Position numbers and translations under genes: made by a program. Below, in pieces: positions 1 to 13,482 of a stretch of DNA of 64,000 nucleotides (within the stretch, counting starts at the first letter, position 1; each line of letters starts with the position of its first letter). The stretch spans positions 7,182,201 to 7,246,200 of the forward strand of contig NC_092670.1 in assembly GCF_964355755.1 (NCBI RefSeq), written 5' to 3'. This stretch comes from Antedon mediterranea. Taxonomy: Eukaryota; Animalia; Echinodermata. The notes beneath the pieces are model-generated. The model was not told where the DNA came from. It did no database searches and saw nothing but the letters and a program-made list of their open reading frames with translations.

Positions 1-236
1 TATAGTATGGGTATTGTGTAACTAACCCAATTGGGAACAACACCCAGAAAAACTGGTGAAGAATGGAAATCAAAAGTTCTTTGTAATAAATAACTAAATG
101 AATGTGTTGCTCGCGTAGAGCGTTTTGGCTAGCATTTACATTTGAATATAGTAACAAATCAGTAAAACATTAGGAGGTTGTCGACTAGGAGTACTACTAG
201 CTGTACTGCACATATAACTTGTTTTTTTTATTACAG

Positions 237-3200
237 ATTCGTGTACTTCTTCACCATGTCAAAATGGAGGAACTTGTGTACAATTAGAAACGAGCTTTGC
301 ATGTAACTGTCCTGTGTTATATGAAGGCAACTTATGTCAAATACTACCAGGTATTTAAACTGTGCATTTTGTTAATTTCTCAAAGGTCAGATCTTGGCTT
401 ATTATTGGATTAGGACATGCAGGAATGATATAAATGATACAATTAATACATCGTTTGTACATTAATCATATTATATGTATTATACTTTATAATTTAGGTG
501 AACCAACAGCAGAAATTCAACCTTTATCACTGAGTGCTAATTTAAAAAATACAGTCACTTTCCAATGTATTGTAACTTACTCAATTGATTGGCGTTGGTA
601 TAAAGACGACGTCGAACTCCCATCTGAAACAAAAAGCCTAAAGTTCCTCACAATTAATGAAGTTGGTCTGGCAAACCAAGGCTATTATTATTGCAAAGCA
701 TTTGGAGTATCGCCACATAATGACGTAACAGTCATATCAATGAAGGCAGCGCTTGTTGTTGCAGGTAAACGTAATTCAATATTTATATGTAAACGAATAG
801 TGATCCAAATGCAAAATAGGCACAGTTGGAATGGAATTAAAAGATCTTTAGACAAATTTTCTTAAAGTAAACTGCACTCAACTCAATTGAATTACTTTGG
901 TATACTTCCATCTAATCGTTATGACCATGAAGAATGTATGACTAGTGCAGCTACTGTATCTGTATTCATTTCGTTGTGGTGTATTGAGGTCTAGACTTCG
1001 TATCAGAAAAACTGATATTGTATGTATGTGTATATGGAACATGCTGATTTCAATGTTACATTAAATAATTTATTATAATATTATGTTTCTATTAATCCAA
1101 AGATGCGTTTACTGTACCAACAGTATTAACTTTCAAGAATTTACAATTTACGTCTGCATTAAACACCCCTTCCTCGGAAGAATTCAAAAACACTTCAACT
1201 GAAATTGAAAACTTGGTAGGTTTTGTTAAACAATTTAGAAAAGTCGTTATCTGTATTTTGACCATCCAACCCCACCTCCTCTTCTCTAAAAAAATCATAC
1301 AAATACTATGGTCTGTTGCTACCAACAGGCAATAACTATTTAAGTATTCATTTTGGACTGTGTAGTTTTGACATGATAAACACCTATAACCTTATTTTTC
1401 ACAGTAGTGGTGTAAACATAAATGCATAACCATTCCGAATTACAAAACAATTTTGTTTTATGAACTTATTATTTTTTCTTGTTTTCAGTTAACTGAGAGT
1501 ATAAGTATAACTGATATATTTGTTCAAGTTCGTACACTACGTTCTGGGAGTGTGATTGCTAACATCAACATATATAAACCAAGTGCAGACCAAAGTTACA
1601 ATAATTTCAGCAAAAGTTTATCAGGAGAATTTAAAATAATAGGAGATAAAGGAGTTATAGATGCTGATAATATTGTCATATTTAGCACGGGTAAAACATG
1701 TTTAAAAGAGATTTTAAATTACTTGACATGTGACTTCTCGTTTCCATTCTGATTCAGAATTGTTTCCCAATAGATGGATAGCATTTTATAAGATAAACAA
1801 AATATTATGATAACCTTTATTTCGTATCCTCTCCCTCGGTATCAACCATTTGTATAAATTAAACACTTACATTACTAATTGTTTATTTTAATGTTTTTTT
1901 AGATTATTTTAATCAATATTAAGCCTGTATACATTGTTTTTATTCATTAGAGAGTTGCAATGTACAGATAATAGATGGATTAACATTTGGGCCTGCTGAT
2001 GTCGGTCAGAATACACCATCTGAAGAAGTTTGTCCAGAATCTAAAATCAACTGTAAGTTGTATGATCGTTTTGATAAAAAGTGAGGTCCTGGATGATGAG
2101 ATGGCACCACATACGTTCCTATTACTTCCTGATATTTGTGATGCTGTACTTTGACAGCAGCTTGCATGGGATTAATATAACGAGCGTCTTTATATTAAAC
2201 ATATTCAGATGAAAGATATTCATGACAATGTATTACATCGCTGCGGTGTGTTATTACATTATTATTATTATTATTATTATTATATGCCTCACAAAAATAT
2301 AAATATTATATTTTGTCATAAATAGATGGTATGCCTCTAGGCTTGTGTATATGCTATAGTGATGGACTGTCAGCTGCTGTGTGGCAGGATGTGATTTTGC
2401 AAGACTGTGGTCGAGATGCTACATCTGATGAACTTCTAGAAAGGTTAAATATGGTCAGTGAAGAATTGACTATTGCAAGTACTGAGATCTAATTGTAATG
2501 AACTAATTAATAACAATTCAATAATTAATTTATTTTTACTATATTTTTATATTGTAATTCATTTTAGATCACAGTTACTGAAGAAAATGCAGAGAAAGTA
2601 ATTACAGCAGTCAACAACATTACAAAAACTGAATCAGACACTATTACACCAGATGGTTTGGAAGCAACTGCAGACATTATTGAAAGTGTTACTTCTGTAA
2701 ATTCAACATCTGCTGAAGTTAGTTTATTGATTCAATTGTTTATTTATTGCAGTAAAATATAATAAAGTGGGAAACTACAGTTAATGTGTTGTTATTTCTT
2801 TGTTTTAATTCCAATGCAGGTGACATCAACATTAGTTGACACCATATCTAGTCTGTTTGAAGTAGATGATGATGTTCTTTTAGAGAGTCAGATGCAAACA
2901 CAAGCTCCAAGTAGAATTGTTGAATCTCTTGAGGAGCAATTAGCAGTTGTTGATCTTGAAAATGATAAATACCAATTTGTAAGTAGCAGCGTTGCAGTAC
3001 AAGCTCAGAATGTGAAAACCAATGAACTCGAAAACACAGGAATTGGAATCGCATCTTATCAATCTGCAGATACTAGTGTTATAGTGAATGTTACAGGATT
3101 TAGTGAGAAAGAAGATCTGGATAATGTTGCATCTGTCAGTATTTATATTCCTCCAACAATCACTAAAATGCTTTCAACCTCCAATGGTAAGTAGTCAAAT

Positions 3201-6200
3201 AAAATGAGTTTAATAATAGCGATTGGCATTCTAATGTCATAAAACTAGGATAAATAATGGTGACCTTTCCTCTTTCCTCAAAGAGAGTTCGTATTGAATA
3301 TTATAAAAACTGCATGTTTAGAAATGTATTCATCTTTCAATAAGCTCTACGGATTATATAATTGTTTTTTGTTTTGAACAGGATCAAGTGCTAATTTTCG
3401 TGTGGTTACAGTTGTATATAATGATAGTTCACTGTTCCCAACTAATCAGTTTGATAATACCACAAGAACCAATGGTCAAGTAATTTCATTGTCAATACCT
3501 GGAGTTGAATTGAACAATTTACTGGATCCAATTATTACAACATTTATACCTGCTGAGGTAATTAGACATTTCAACATTATGTTTTATTATTAAAAATAAA
3601 TAAAATTATAAAAGTATCAATATCACTTTACTATTTTGTTATTATAACTCCATACATATTATCTGACAGGAATATTATGTTTAAACTACTAATGGTACAC
3701 ATCACAATCAACTATCGAGGTATATAAAATGTTGCAAATTCAAGATCATAATAGACTTTTCACCATGTCTCAATAATATAACTAATATTTTCTTAGGCAA
3801 AGTTACAGAGTTTTCTATAATATTTAAATGGTAAATATGTTGAAAATAACACAAATAATGTGTTTATATATGGAAACAAATAAATTAATATAGACGTTTA
3901 CTCTAAATACTATTGCATATTTTCTTTCCCATTACATGTTTAATTCATCTCCATCTATAAATTAAGAATTTCTAGCAATGATTAAGTTGATTTTGCAGTG
4001 TTCCATGTTCTTGAAAATCGTTATAGTTAAGTTTTGATGAGATTCTTTATCTATATTTAATTTGCTTTTTTTTACTATGAACCTAACATTTCTGACTACT
4101 CAGTACTAGATCGCTTTTAAAAATTGTCTCCTATCTTTTAACACTAGCAGGTCTGAAAATAATAAGTGGTCCAGAATTAGGACTATGATCCGGATCGCCT
4201 CCAAAATTAAATGGAGGGATTCTTGACCACATTTCTATATGTGGTTACAATTTTATAAAGATCTTGCAATAACATTTTGAGTAATGCTTCTAATAAACAT
4301 AACCTCCTCGGCGGAGTTAATTAATAATAAGGCTTTGTCTTAGGTCCATTATACATAGTCACCATATAAACTTTCTTCATCAGTACATGACTGAATGATT
4401 AGTTGACAGCAGGGCCGTTTGAAATGTGTTTATAAACATATTTTACGGATAACAATACATTATATATTAATGTTCTTGCAAAAATGGTCCATTGATAATG
4501 AATTTGAAATAATTACAATTTTCGTTCCATAGCCATCGAACAATAATAATGAGACAGCCTGTGTGTTTTGGGATTTTGAACTTGATGATGGTAATGGTGG
4601 ATGGTCAAGTGCTGGATGCTACTTAGCTAATGGATCGTTGGATGGCAGGGACAGACAAATTTGTCATTGTGACCATCTAACAAATTTTGCAATTCTTATG
4701 GCAAGTTGTAGAGCAGAATTTACAAATTTTTAAAGCATGACACATACATTTTCAAGTTGTCTTATAAGAATGCCAGAATAAGAATATGAATATCATGTTA
4801 CAACAATTACACAAACGACAGCAGTAGTATTGCAGTTCGGCGACAATTCATTATTAAAAAGAGTTTTATATATTTCAACACACACATCTGTCTATGGAAA
4901 AACTAAACATTTTAAATCCACTGAACACAGAAAACAAAAACATTACTCCATTTCCAGCAAGTATATTTATGGCCTTATTAATTATGTTAATGTCTTGTTT
5001 ATTTTTCCTAGAATTTTTACCCAGATAAGAAAAGTCCAGTTGTAGCAAGGTACATTACAAATATTGGTCTTGGTTTTTCAATCGCTTGTTTAATTGCAAC
5101 TATAGTTTCTTTTACAACCAACAGGTAAGGCTTTAGTTCCTAACAACATTTATTGATTAATATTACATAGGATAAAATTATATAAATTTAAATTGTATAC
5201 ATAACACATTCTAAAATTACAAATCTGGTTTCATTTAATTTTCAGAAAGCTACGAAGGAGTAAACCTCAGCAGATCTTGTGTCACTTGTGTGTATCATTA
5301 CTCGGCTTGTATTTGGTCTTTCTCGTTGGAATTGACAGAACAAACAAAGAGAGCGCGTGTACAGTCATTGCTGGATTGATTCACTACTTTCTGTTGACGT
5401 CTATGTTTTGGATGTCTGTGCAGGCTATTAACCTGTATTACTTGATCGTGAAAGTTTATAATACACACGTTTCTAGGTTTGTACTAAAAGCCTGTGTTTT
5501 TGCTTGGGGTAAGTACACATACTGCTAAATCAAATTCGTAATAACCTCTTAAAAATGGTATCTTGCCCACAATCCCGACCAACCCACCCACATTAAATCT
5601 AGGATTGGCTTGTTATTATTAACTTATTTTCACTTCACCATGCTAATACCCTTCCTCTTTTCATAACATATATCGATATCAACTTGGCTGTCTTACTTTT
5701 AAGCTCTCCTCAATCTATCTATCAATTACTTGCTAAGATCACATCTAATGGCCGAATAGCAACACGGCTGATCACTAACGGTGATCTCCTTATACCCAGA
5801 CATTACTTGGAACTTTCCTTTTAGCTTCAATGCTCCTTTTTTTAAATTAACTTCCTTTAGATATCCGACTTCCAATTTAATTTAATTCATTAAATTTTTT
5901 ATTCTAAATATTTTGTTTTTATTTATACTGTATAAATTATATTTATTTTAATTTAATTGTTGTTTTCGGGTATTTTACTAAAAGACATTCTTCGTGCACA
6001 AGAACATAAACATCAGCATAAACAAGATTAAAAGAAAAAATACTGCTTGAATCAAAAACTCCCGTACTACAGTAATTTCAATAATCGAATATGTATTGAG
6101 CTTACTCTGTAATTTATGAAAATTAAAATACACTATTTTTAAACATATTTCTGTAGGCCTACCAGCTGTGATTGTTGCTATAACTGTTAGTATTGATGTT

Positions 6201-7100
6201 GACAATTATGCAGATACAAACAAGTAGTAAGTAATTCAATAAATATGATGCAACATTATATTTCTTTATTAATTAAAATATCTATACATATTATTGTAAT
6301 ACAATATAGTAAGTTGTATTAATTATCATCATAAAACAGAAGATTCCTATTACAAATATTTTCTAAAAACCTAAAGTCAATTGAGTTTCATGTTTAAAGT
6401 TTTTAAATATATAAATCTTAACAACTTTAACTTCATGCTGACATCAGCTGTTATTTTTTTAATTATTAAATTCTCATTATTTTACAAAAAATTAATATCT
6501 ACCATTAATTAAACATTATAGTCTGCTTTATAATAATACTAATAATACAAACCACTTTTAAAATGACATGTGTAATCTGTTACATTGTTTTACAGTTGCT
6601 TCCTTGTTGTAACCCGCATGTACTACAGCGTAGCATTACCAATTGCAATCATATTACTCTTCAATATTGTAGTATTTATTATGGTATTACACAGTATAAG
6701 CAAACTTGGTAAAGTAACAGCACAAGCTCACAAGCAAAACAAAGGCAAGCACTTACTTCAGAATGCAGTATGCATATCGGTAATTATGGGGTTGACATGG
6801 GTTATTGGATTCTTTGCAATTGATAGTGTCTCCGAGGTGATTCAGATACTCTTCTGTATCCTGAATTGTCTTCAAGGAGTTTCTATCTTTATCATGTATT
6901 GTTTAAGAAGTAAGGATGTCCGTAATTTTTGGACTGAAAGATTTAACGGGGTGTCTTCAACACTTAGAGGAACCAAAAGTAGCTCAATCAATTCCAGTAC
7001 AGGTAAAACTACTTTCTTTGGTTTGAATTCGTCTAAAGGGATGCAAACAAATTCTGATTGTAAGATAAATTCAAGTAACAACCAAGAATCAGTTGCTTGA
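237..7100 (+). CDS. Adhesion GPCR paralog A, 3' part (EGF, Ig, SEA, HormR, GAIN/GPS, 7TM); 5' end lies outside the window
   Basis: Exons with AG/GT(GC) boundaries that join in frame: 237-350 ([24 protein letters not shown]), 498-764 (Ig, VTFQC..WRWYKD..GYYYC), 1103-1215 and 1489-1690 (SEA, LRSGSVI), 1951-2052 and 2326-2453 (HormR-like), 2568-2717, 2820-3186, 3382-3557 (GAIN), 4533-4700 ([32 protein letters not shown] donor), 5012-5124, 5246-5508, 6157-6226, 6596-7100 (7TM: [28 protein letters not shown]; ends ESVA*). Confidence 0.93.
4090..4322 (-). mobile_element. Truncated Helentron-associated (HINE/DINE-1-like) non-autonomous element in a gene A intron
   Basis: Reverse complement matches the 5' part of the element at 49642-50186 (CTCCGCC.AGGAGGT start; shared TTTTCAGACCTG.TAGTGTTAAAAGATAGGA). 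Left boundary approximate. Confidence 0.6.
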
Positions 7101-7433
7101 TTTGCGCATGTTTCTAATGATTATTGAGAGCGCCCAATTTGTATAAATGATGGTTTCTGTGATTTTAGTTAAAGTTCTGTATGTATTATACTTATTTTAG
7201 TCATCTAAGTTAAAAACAAATCAATTCGATTTAGATACACGAGTATAACTGTATCTACGATGTAAACAAACTACTGTTGCCTTAATATTGTAATCATTAA
7301 CGATAAGAGTTTGCTGTTATGATTTATCGATTATTACAAATATTTTACATCAAATATAATGTATATAGATAGTGTATATTTTAATATTTTTTTTCAAATA
7401 TCATTTTTAATGTTTCCTTTTGGATATTTTTAA

Positions 7434-7439
7434 AATAAA
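7434..7439 (+). promoter_or_regulatory. Candidate polyadenylation signal of gene A
   Basis: AATAAA about 330 nt after the stop codon. The AT-rich context makes this weak evidence. Confidence 0.35.
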
Positions 7440-8099
7440 TAAAACAAAAATAAATATTAAACATTCCGCAACAAGTGAGGAAAGCCCTTATGGTTTTATA
7501 ATTCGAACTTTTTGTTTTGTATTAACATTATGCTCATCATTGTAAATTGTGAATGGTTTATGTATTCAGATTTTGTTTGGACAATCTAATGCAACTGCTT
7601 TTGTCATATTATTATCTATATTTCAAATAATTTGATAGATTAAATAGATAGATTACTAAATCGATATATTACTAACAGTTTATTCCCCAAAGAATCTCGT
7701 GATGGATTGCTACTGTAATTAGCATACCAAACATTTAAAATTAATACAAATAAATATATTAATGATAATTAATTTTAATTAAATAACATGTTTTAAAATA
7801 AGATAATGGATACTATAGCATTATTACACAGTGCATTATTACAAAGTGATATAAAGAATACCCAATGAATGTAACTAGTATAGAATACCATAATAAAATA
7901 ATTATATGAAGATATTGTGTCTGAAGAGTCTTGTTTTAAATTTATATGTTTGCATCACAATTGTAATGTATTTATTTGATATGACATTTACGATATTGCA
8001 TTATACTTTTCTTTGCACGTATTCACACATATAGCAAATATAGGAAATTTATTAGCGTCTACCTTTGCTTTTCTTGTTGAGTCGTTCAAAACGTCTACA

Positions 8100-8482
8100 T
8101 TATTGGTTGGTTTCCGACTAGTCAGGGTGAAGGCATAAACTTGCTTACCAAACCATCGAACAGCAGAAATGAAAGAAAGATTACAGCACTTACGATGTGC
8201 TTGAACAGTGTATTCTCGTGTTCATTTCTCTGTACTCTAAATTATAAATCAGGTGGAATATGTATATGCAAATTAATCAGGCTTGATTTAGTTTGCTTGT
8301 TGCGTAAGAAAAGAAAACAAGAACAAAGAGATATATTTAGAAGCCTGAAGGTGAACTGAGCTGAGTCTGAGTTTAGAAGCTTACGTTGATGAACTCCTAA
8401 AGCCAGCTGATGCCTAGAGTTTAGAGACAACCTAGAGAGCTATAATGTAACTTACTCTAGTAGAGTACACAGGAAGATGTTG
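8100..8482 (+). promoter_or_regulatory. Candidate promoter / 5' exon of gene B
   Basis: Less AT-rich stretch with an inverted CCAAT (ATTGG about 8103) ending in a strong donor GAAGATGTTG|GTAAGC at 8482/8483. The signal-peptide exon at 24268 has an acceptor before its ATG, so an upstream exon is expected somewhere. Confidence 0.3.
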
Positions 8483-8939
8483 GTAAGCACATCTTTTCTA
8501 ATACTCTTTTACTTTATATATTATTAATGGTCTACATCTGATACAACAACTAGTTGTCCACCTTCATGTAAAATTACAAAATCAGCAAGGAGTCTAGGCC
8601 TACTAGTAAACCCTATGATTAACCGATATAGATATAGATAAGCTTATTGGTAGGCTACTATTACGTGTAGTAGCTACAATGCTGTAATCATGATCTATAT
8701 ATTCACTTTTGTCTACTTCTTGTTGGAATTATAATAATGGAAAAGGTACTTTTATTCATTAATCCATGCTTCGTTTGTTTTTGATTTAGTAGAGTCCGTG
8801 ACGCAACTATATATAGCCAGCCATGCGCAATGCCGGATCAGGGATCGAAGTTTTGATTCGATTAAACCCGATGATTGGCTATGATGTGGATGACATAACC
8901 ACTAGCCACTACACTTTAAATGTAATCACATCGATAATA

Positions 8940-10133
8940 AAATTTGGTTTATCCGGTTCACTGTTAAGTTGGTTTAAAAGCTATTTAACTAATAGACAAC
9001 AGCGTGTTGTCATTGGGGGAGAGACATCTGATTGGCTCCCTGTGTTATCGGGCGTTCCGCAGGGCTCGATCCTGGGCCCGCTTTTGTTTAATTTATTTAT
9101 CAACGATCTTCCTTTAAAATTTAATCATTCCGAGTCTCTTTTATTTGCTGACGATCTGAAATTGTTTAAAGTGATTACCACTCCACAGGATGCTTTTTCA
9201 CTTCAGGAGGATCTGGATGGTCTCGTGGAATGGACGGAGAAGTGGGGGATAAAACTTAATGCTAATAAATGCAAATATTTATCTATAACACTTAAAAAAA
9301 GGCCTGTGCTCTTCAATTATAATCTGAGTGGACATGATCTTGAGATGGTTTATGTATGGAAAGATTTAGGTATTTTTATTGATAGTAAATTAAATTTTTG
9401 TTCACATATTAATCATGTGTTGTCAAAAGCTAATAGAATGATGGGCTTAATATGGAGAAATTGTAGGTTTATGAACGACGGCAGGGCACTTTTATCTTTA
9501 TACAAATCTATTATACGTCCTCACCTTGAATATTGTTCCGCAATTTTCAATTCAATTTCTCCATGTCAGGCCCGTCGAATCGACACTGTTCAACGGAAGT
9601 TTGTTCGATTCCTGTCTTATAACTGTGTTAATTTTGCCTTTTCCATTGATTCTGTCAGCAATCGTCGAACGATATCTGATATGGTTTTTTTATATAATAT
9701 TTTAAATTCTAAATATGACTGTTCATTAATTTCACTATTTAGTTTAAATGTTCCTGGTCGTACACGAAATAGACATTTATTGCATATTCCTTTTAGCCGT
9801 GTCGACTGTACTAAGAGGGGACTTTTTCATAGACTACCTTATACATTTAATAATCTAAATAGCAATCATATCGATATTTTTAATGATAGACTTGGTTATT
9901 TTAAGAGGACGATGATGTGTTCACTTCTTGAACAGCCTGCATAACCTGTTTTAATTGAAATTGTTTATGGCATGCCAATCTATGTTTTATATATATATAT
10001 ATATTTTATCTGTATTTTATTGTTAACCGTTTTTGATGTTGTATTGTTTTATGTTTCAAACCTGTTAGTGGCGGTATTTATCGCTGTTGGTTTTGATTGA
10101 ATAAAATAAAATAAAAAATAAAATAAAATAAAT
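8940..10133 (+). mobile_element. 5'-truncated CR1-group LINE (RT C-terminal half, 3' UTR, AAAAT tail)
   Basis: Open frame 8940-9944 with RT motifs WFKSYLTNRQQRV, GVPQGSILGPLLF, LFADD, KDLGIFIDSKL, IRPHLEY; 3' UTR stem-loop at 10056-10100; (AAAAT)n-like tail to about 10133. Confidence 0.9.
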
Positions 10134-11610
10134 GAGATTCATGAAAAAACCAGTGCTTAGCCATATAATTATTAAAAATACGTTTGTTGTATTGCAAACC
10201 ACTGCAGACGGTAACGACATACATAGTCAAAATGCGTAATTCAATTTTTAATTTCAAGAGGTTGCTTAGCAAAATATTGTTGTCAATTAATCATCGACGC
10301 AGAAATGTCAATAGAAAAATTAAACTGCGCATACGATTTCTACGTGGCTACGTATTTGTTCTAAACAAATGTAACAGTTGATTCGCAGCGTCCTTTAGAG
10401 GGCTGCGGTTAGAGACATGGAGTTCAAATAGCGTGCTTGTTTTATTGGCAGCAGTGCTTTAGTATAGGCGAGAGCGTTGGAAAATCGTTTGATGTCACCG
10501 TCGATACGTATCCTTCTATCCCTTAATTCATGACGTGATGTAAGCAAATGCTTATCAAAACGAGATATTATGATTCCAATTATGGTAAAAGATAAGATAA
10601 GATAAATCGTTATTGTCATGAAAACAACAAGGCGAATATGAAATTTGTTTTCCTTGATGCTTAAAAACAGATAAAATATATAAAACATTAAAAAGTATCA
10701 ATAAAATATATTAAACATATTAGTAAAAAGTTAGTTTAAAGAAATAAAAAAACAAAACTATCTTTGAAATGTTGAGTTAGAAACATGTATAGAGTTGTGG
10801 ACAAATGATTTCCTACATCGAATGGTATTGCACATTAAAGGGACGAATTCTATCTGATTTATTAACAACATATTTATCATTCAACGGGTGTGAGTTATCT
10901 TTCACTATTTTCTTAAAGATGTATTGTCCAAAAAATGAAAAATAAAGATGAAAAAAATCAAATTTTGAATAGACCGTTTTGTAGTTAACATAAAGGTATT
11001 CACTTCCACCGAAAAAAAATCCGAAAAAAATATTGATTTCGCTTTTAAAAAAATCAAAACAAGTTTACCATTTTTTCGAACTCATCGGCTCAGAAATTAG
11101 GCCGGTTGAGCTAACTCATACATATGCATGATATGTTAATGAGCATCCACACAGCAGAGATCTGATCTAACAATGGACGATGCACGTTGTATGTACAACA
11201 ACAACACCACAGAGATCGACGCGACTCGACTGTGGGTTTCCCTGGCCTGATCGTATAAATATGTAAAGCTGAGCTGTTAATTTGTCGGTAAGTAGGCCTA
11301 GATGATTATTTTAAATAATAAATAAAAAAATAATAATTTAAATAAGTTACCTACTTATATAGTTAATATTGTTACAAAATCTTGGCATTCCATAACACAG
11401 TACCTAATAATAACATGCCTTATAAAAAGTACATGCTTGCTAGTTTTTGATGTTCTGTATTGTAGGTTACATAACAGAACAATTGTATTGTCTTCCCATT
11501 CAATAGACACCCTTCTCTACATAAAACATAATACACCACACCCCTATCATAATAATGGTATAGTCCATACAAGTCGAGGTGGCCGAAAACGGCACCTGAT
11601 CCAATATTAT

Positions 11611-11778
11611 ACAAATAATGAATGTTTATGAGTGTAATGGTACAAATAATGGCACGAGGTGAATGATGAAAGGTTATATTTCAACGAGGCGATGAGCCGA
11701 GTTGAAATATAACCTTTCATCATTCACCAAGTGCCATTATTTGTACCATTACACGAATACAAAACATTCATTATTTGT
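11611..11778. repeat. About 170-bp near-perfect palindrome (foldback), probably part of a non-autonomous element spanning roughly 11.4-12.5 kb
   Basis: Arm ACAAATAATGAATGTTT..GTGTAATGGTACAAATAATGGCAC..GGTGAATGATGAAAGGTTATATTTCAAC is mirrored after a short centre GAGGCGATGAGCCGA. Confidence 0.85.
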
Positions 11779-12723
11779 TTTATATAACATATAAATAAAT
11801 TATAGTTATTTGAATCAAATAAAAGGTAGCCCTAGCCAAAGCTTACTACATTTCATTCACACACATTGATTAAAAACAGTAACATTTCGTTTTTAATAAT
11901 TTTATATTAAATGTTATATTTATATGGATTTTGTAAACACACCTACTTTTGTGTTAATTATGTCAACAAACGACCAAACAATCCTAGGCCTAGCAAGGCT
12001 AAAACGCCTAGGCTAGGCCTAGCCTAATACTAGCATGGCCTAGGCTAGACCTAGTAGCCTAGTACTAGCTTGGCTGAAAGGCAAAACTTCGACAGACAAT
12101 TGGAACTTATCTAAGCTAATTATGGTTTTTCCAACAATTCCACGTCTTGCAGGGATGTCCCCATTAATTAATCAAAATCCTAAAAACGATCTAAAGCTAA
12201 TTTAAATGCCTTTTTGAATGAAATTAGTACATAATGTCCAAATCGTACACAAATATCTGCTGCTGTTGCATATCTTGCGGTGGTGTTTACAAATGAAACT
12301 GAGACCAGACGACAGGTGGCGCTGTTGTATTTCACAGTACATAGCCATATTATCATAGGATAATTTGTGTACTAGATTTTTTTTCATCCGCGAGACGTTT
12401 TTTTTTTCGTACACAAAAATGTTTCAAAAAGTACTATTTAACGATCGTTGAATAGTGCGTACTATTGCACGCCATGTGACCCACAATCGTCCAATCAAAT
12501 GACAGGAATTTATTTAGGTGTTATATAAAATAATATATATAACGCAATAATAACAGGAAGGTAAATTAATTAACTTAGCCTGGGATTTTTTCAGTTCAGG
12601 ACTAGGCCTAGCTGCTGCATATTACTAGGCTAGTAGCAAGCAGACTGTGACAATCGGGTCCCTGCAGAAGATGCCCAGCTAGGCCCTATACATTGTACTC
12701 TTCATAGACTGGCCTAGGCTATA

Positions 12724-12952
12724 TGCCATCAATCTTAGCTACATTCCGAACGAGAAACAAGACAGTGGTTTTAAATCATGACAAGCTGAAGCCTTGTCGG
12801 GATCGACAGCTTCCTAAATGGCTGGTTGATTTTAACTTACTTTCTCTCTCTTCACCTACAGATCCGGATGCAGGAGGACCGTTGGATAGTGGCACTCCTC
12901 CCCAGTGACATCGCCTTGAACTCCAGAGACTTCAAGACACAGGATGCGCCAA
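12724..12952 (-). mobile_element. TRIM-like mini-retroelement module fused to the Gypsy 3' LTR: PBS, hairpin, PPT, then a 171-bp TGCCA..TGGCA unit containing an antisense integrase fragment
   Basis: Minus strand after the LTR end CA: T-TGGCGCATCC (12951-12942), a 58-nt internal segment, PPT GGGGAGGAG (12903-12895), then TGCCA(12894)...TGGCA(12724). 12752-12884 is an inverted, roughly 89% identical copy of 13642-13771. Confidence 0.6.
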
Positions 12953-13250
12953 TGTTGTGATTTTAGGTCGGTGCTGGAATGGCCTGATAATGAAAGCTAC
13001 TAGGCTTACCTTAACAGTCCCGCTTGTCCTAAATCACACAAGTATCCGAAAGCAGTAAATCCAAATATATTGGTCAATTCCGGTTGCGTCCGTTTCTCCT
13101 TGGTTCCTGCTTCGAATAGACCGGTTCGGGCGGCGTCGAAGTCCCACGTTAACATTTGCATACCCCCTGTATGCAAATCAAGCTGTCGGGGCGACGCCCT
13201 CGTTCGGTCGGAGGGGTGGTCTGTTTACCCAGCGGGCGCCGTTCACAACA
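12953..13250 (-). repeat. 3' LTR (298 bp)
   Basis: TGTTGTGA...TCACAACA 8-bp terminal inverted repeat; identical by eye to 20418-20715; preceded on the minus strand by PPT GGGAGGAG (13258-13251). Confidence 0.96.
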
Positions 13251-13482
13251 CTCCTCCCGTGTTTGAAAAGCGGGCACCCCGTCCTGGATCCACCTCGGGG
13301 GTGAACCGGGTGAATTTCGTACGTGAAAAAATACCCGATACCCGTAGCTATGTAGACTGCTCCCAACGATCTCTTCAGGTAGTCAATGGCCGTGAGACAT
13401 GCCAGTAGTACCGTCCCCCGCTTCCGTCAGCAAACGGCAACTGACCCCTATCTGAGGGAGAAGAGAAAATAAACGCGAGTAC

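Noticed and set aside
8823-8939. N-terminal 39 aa of the 373-aa RT ORF as a domesticated fusion
   Set aside because: RT similarity begins at about 8940; the upstream part looks like flank that happens to be in frame. No evidence of expression.
12309-12325. CTCF-like motif ACGACAGGTGGCGCTG
   Set aside because: Partial match inside a repeat; cannot be distinguished from chance without data.
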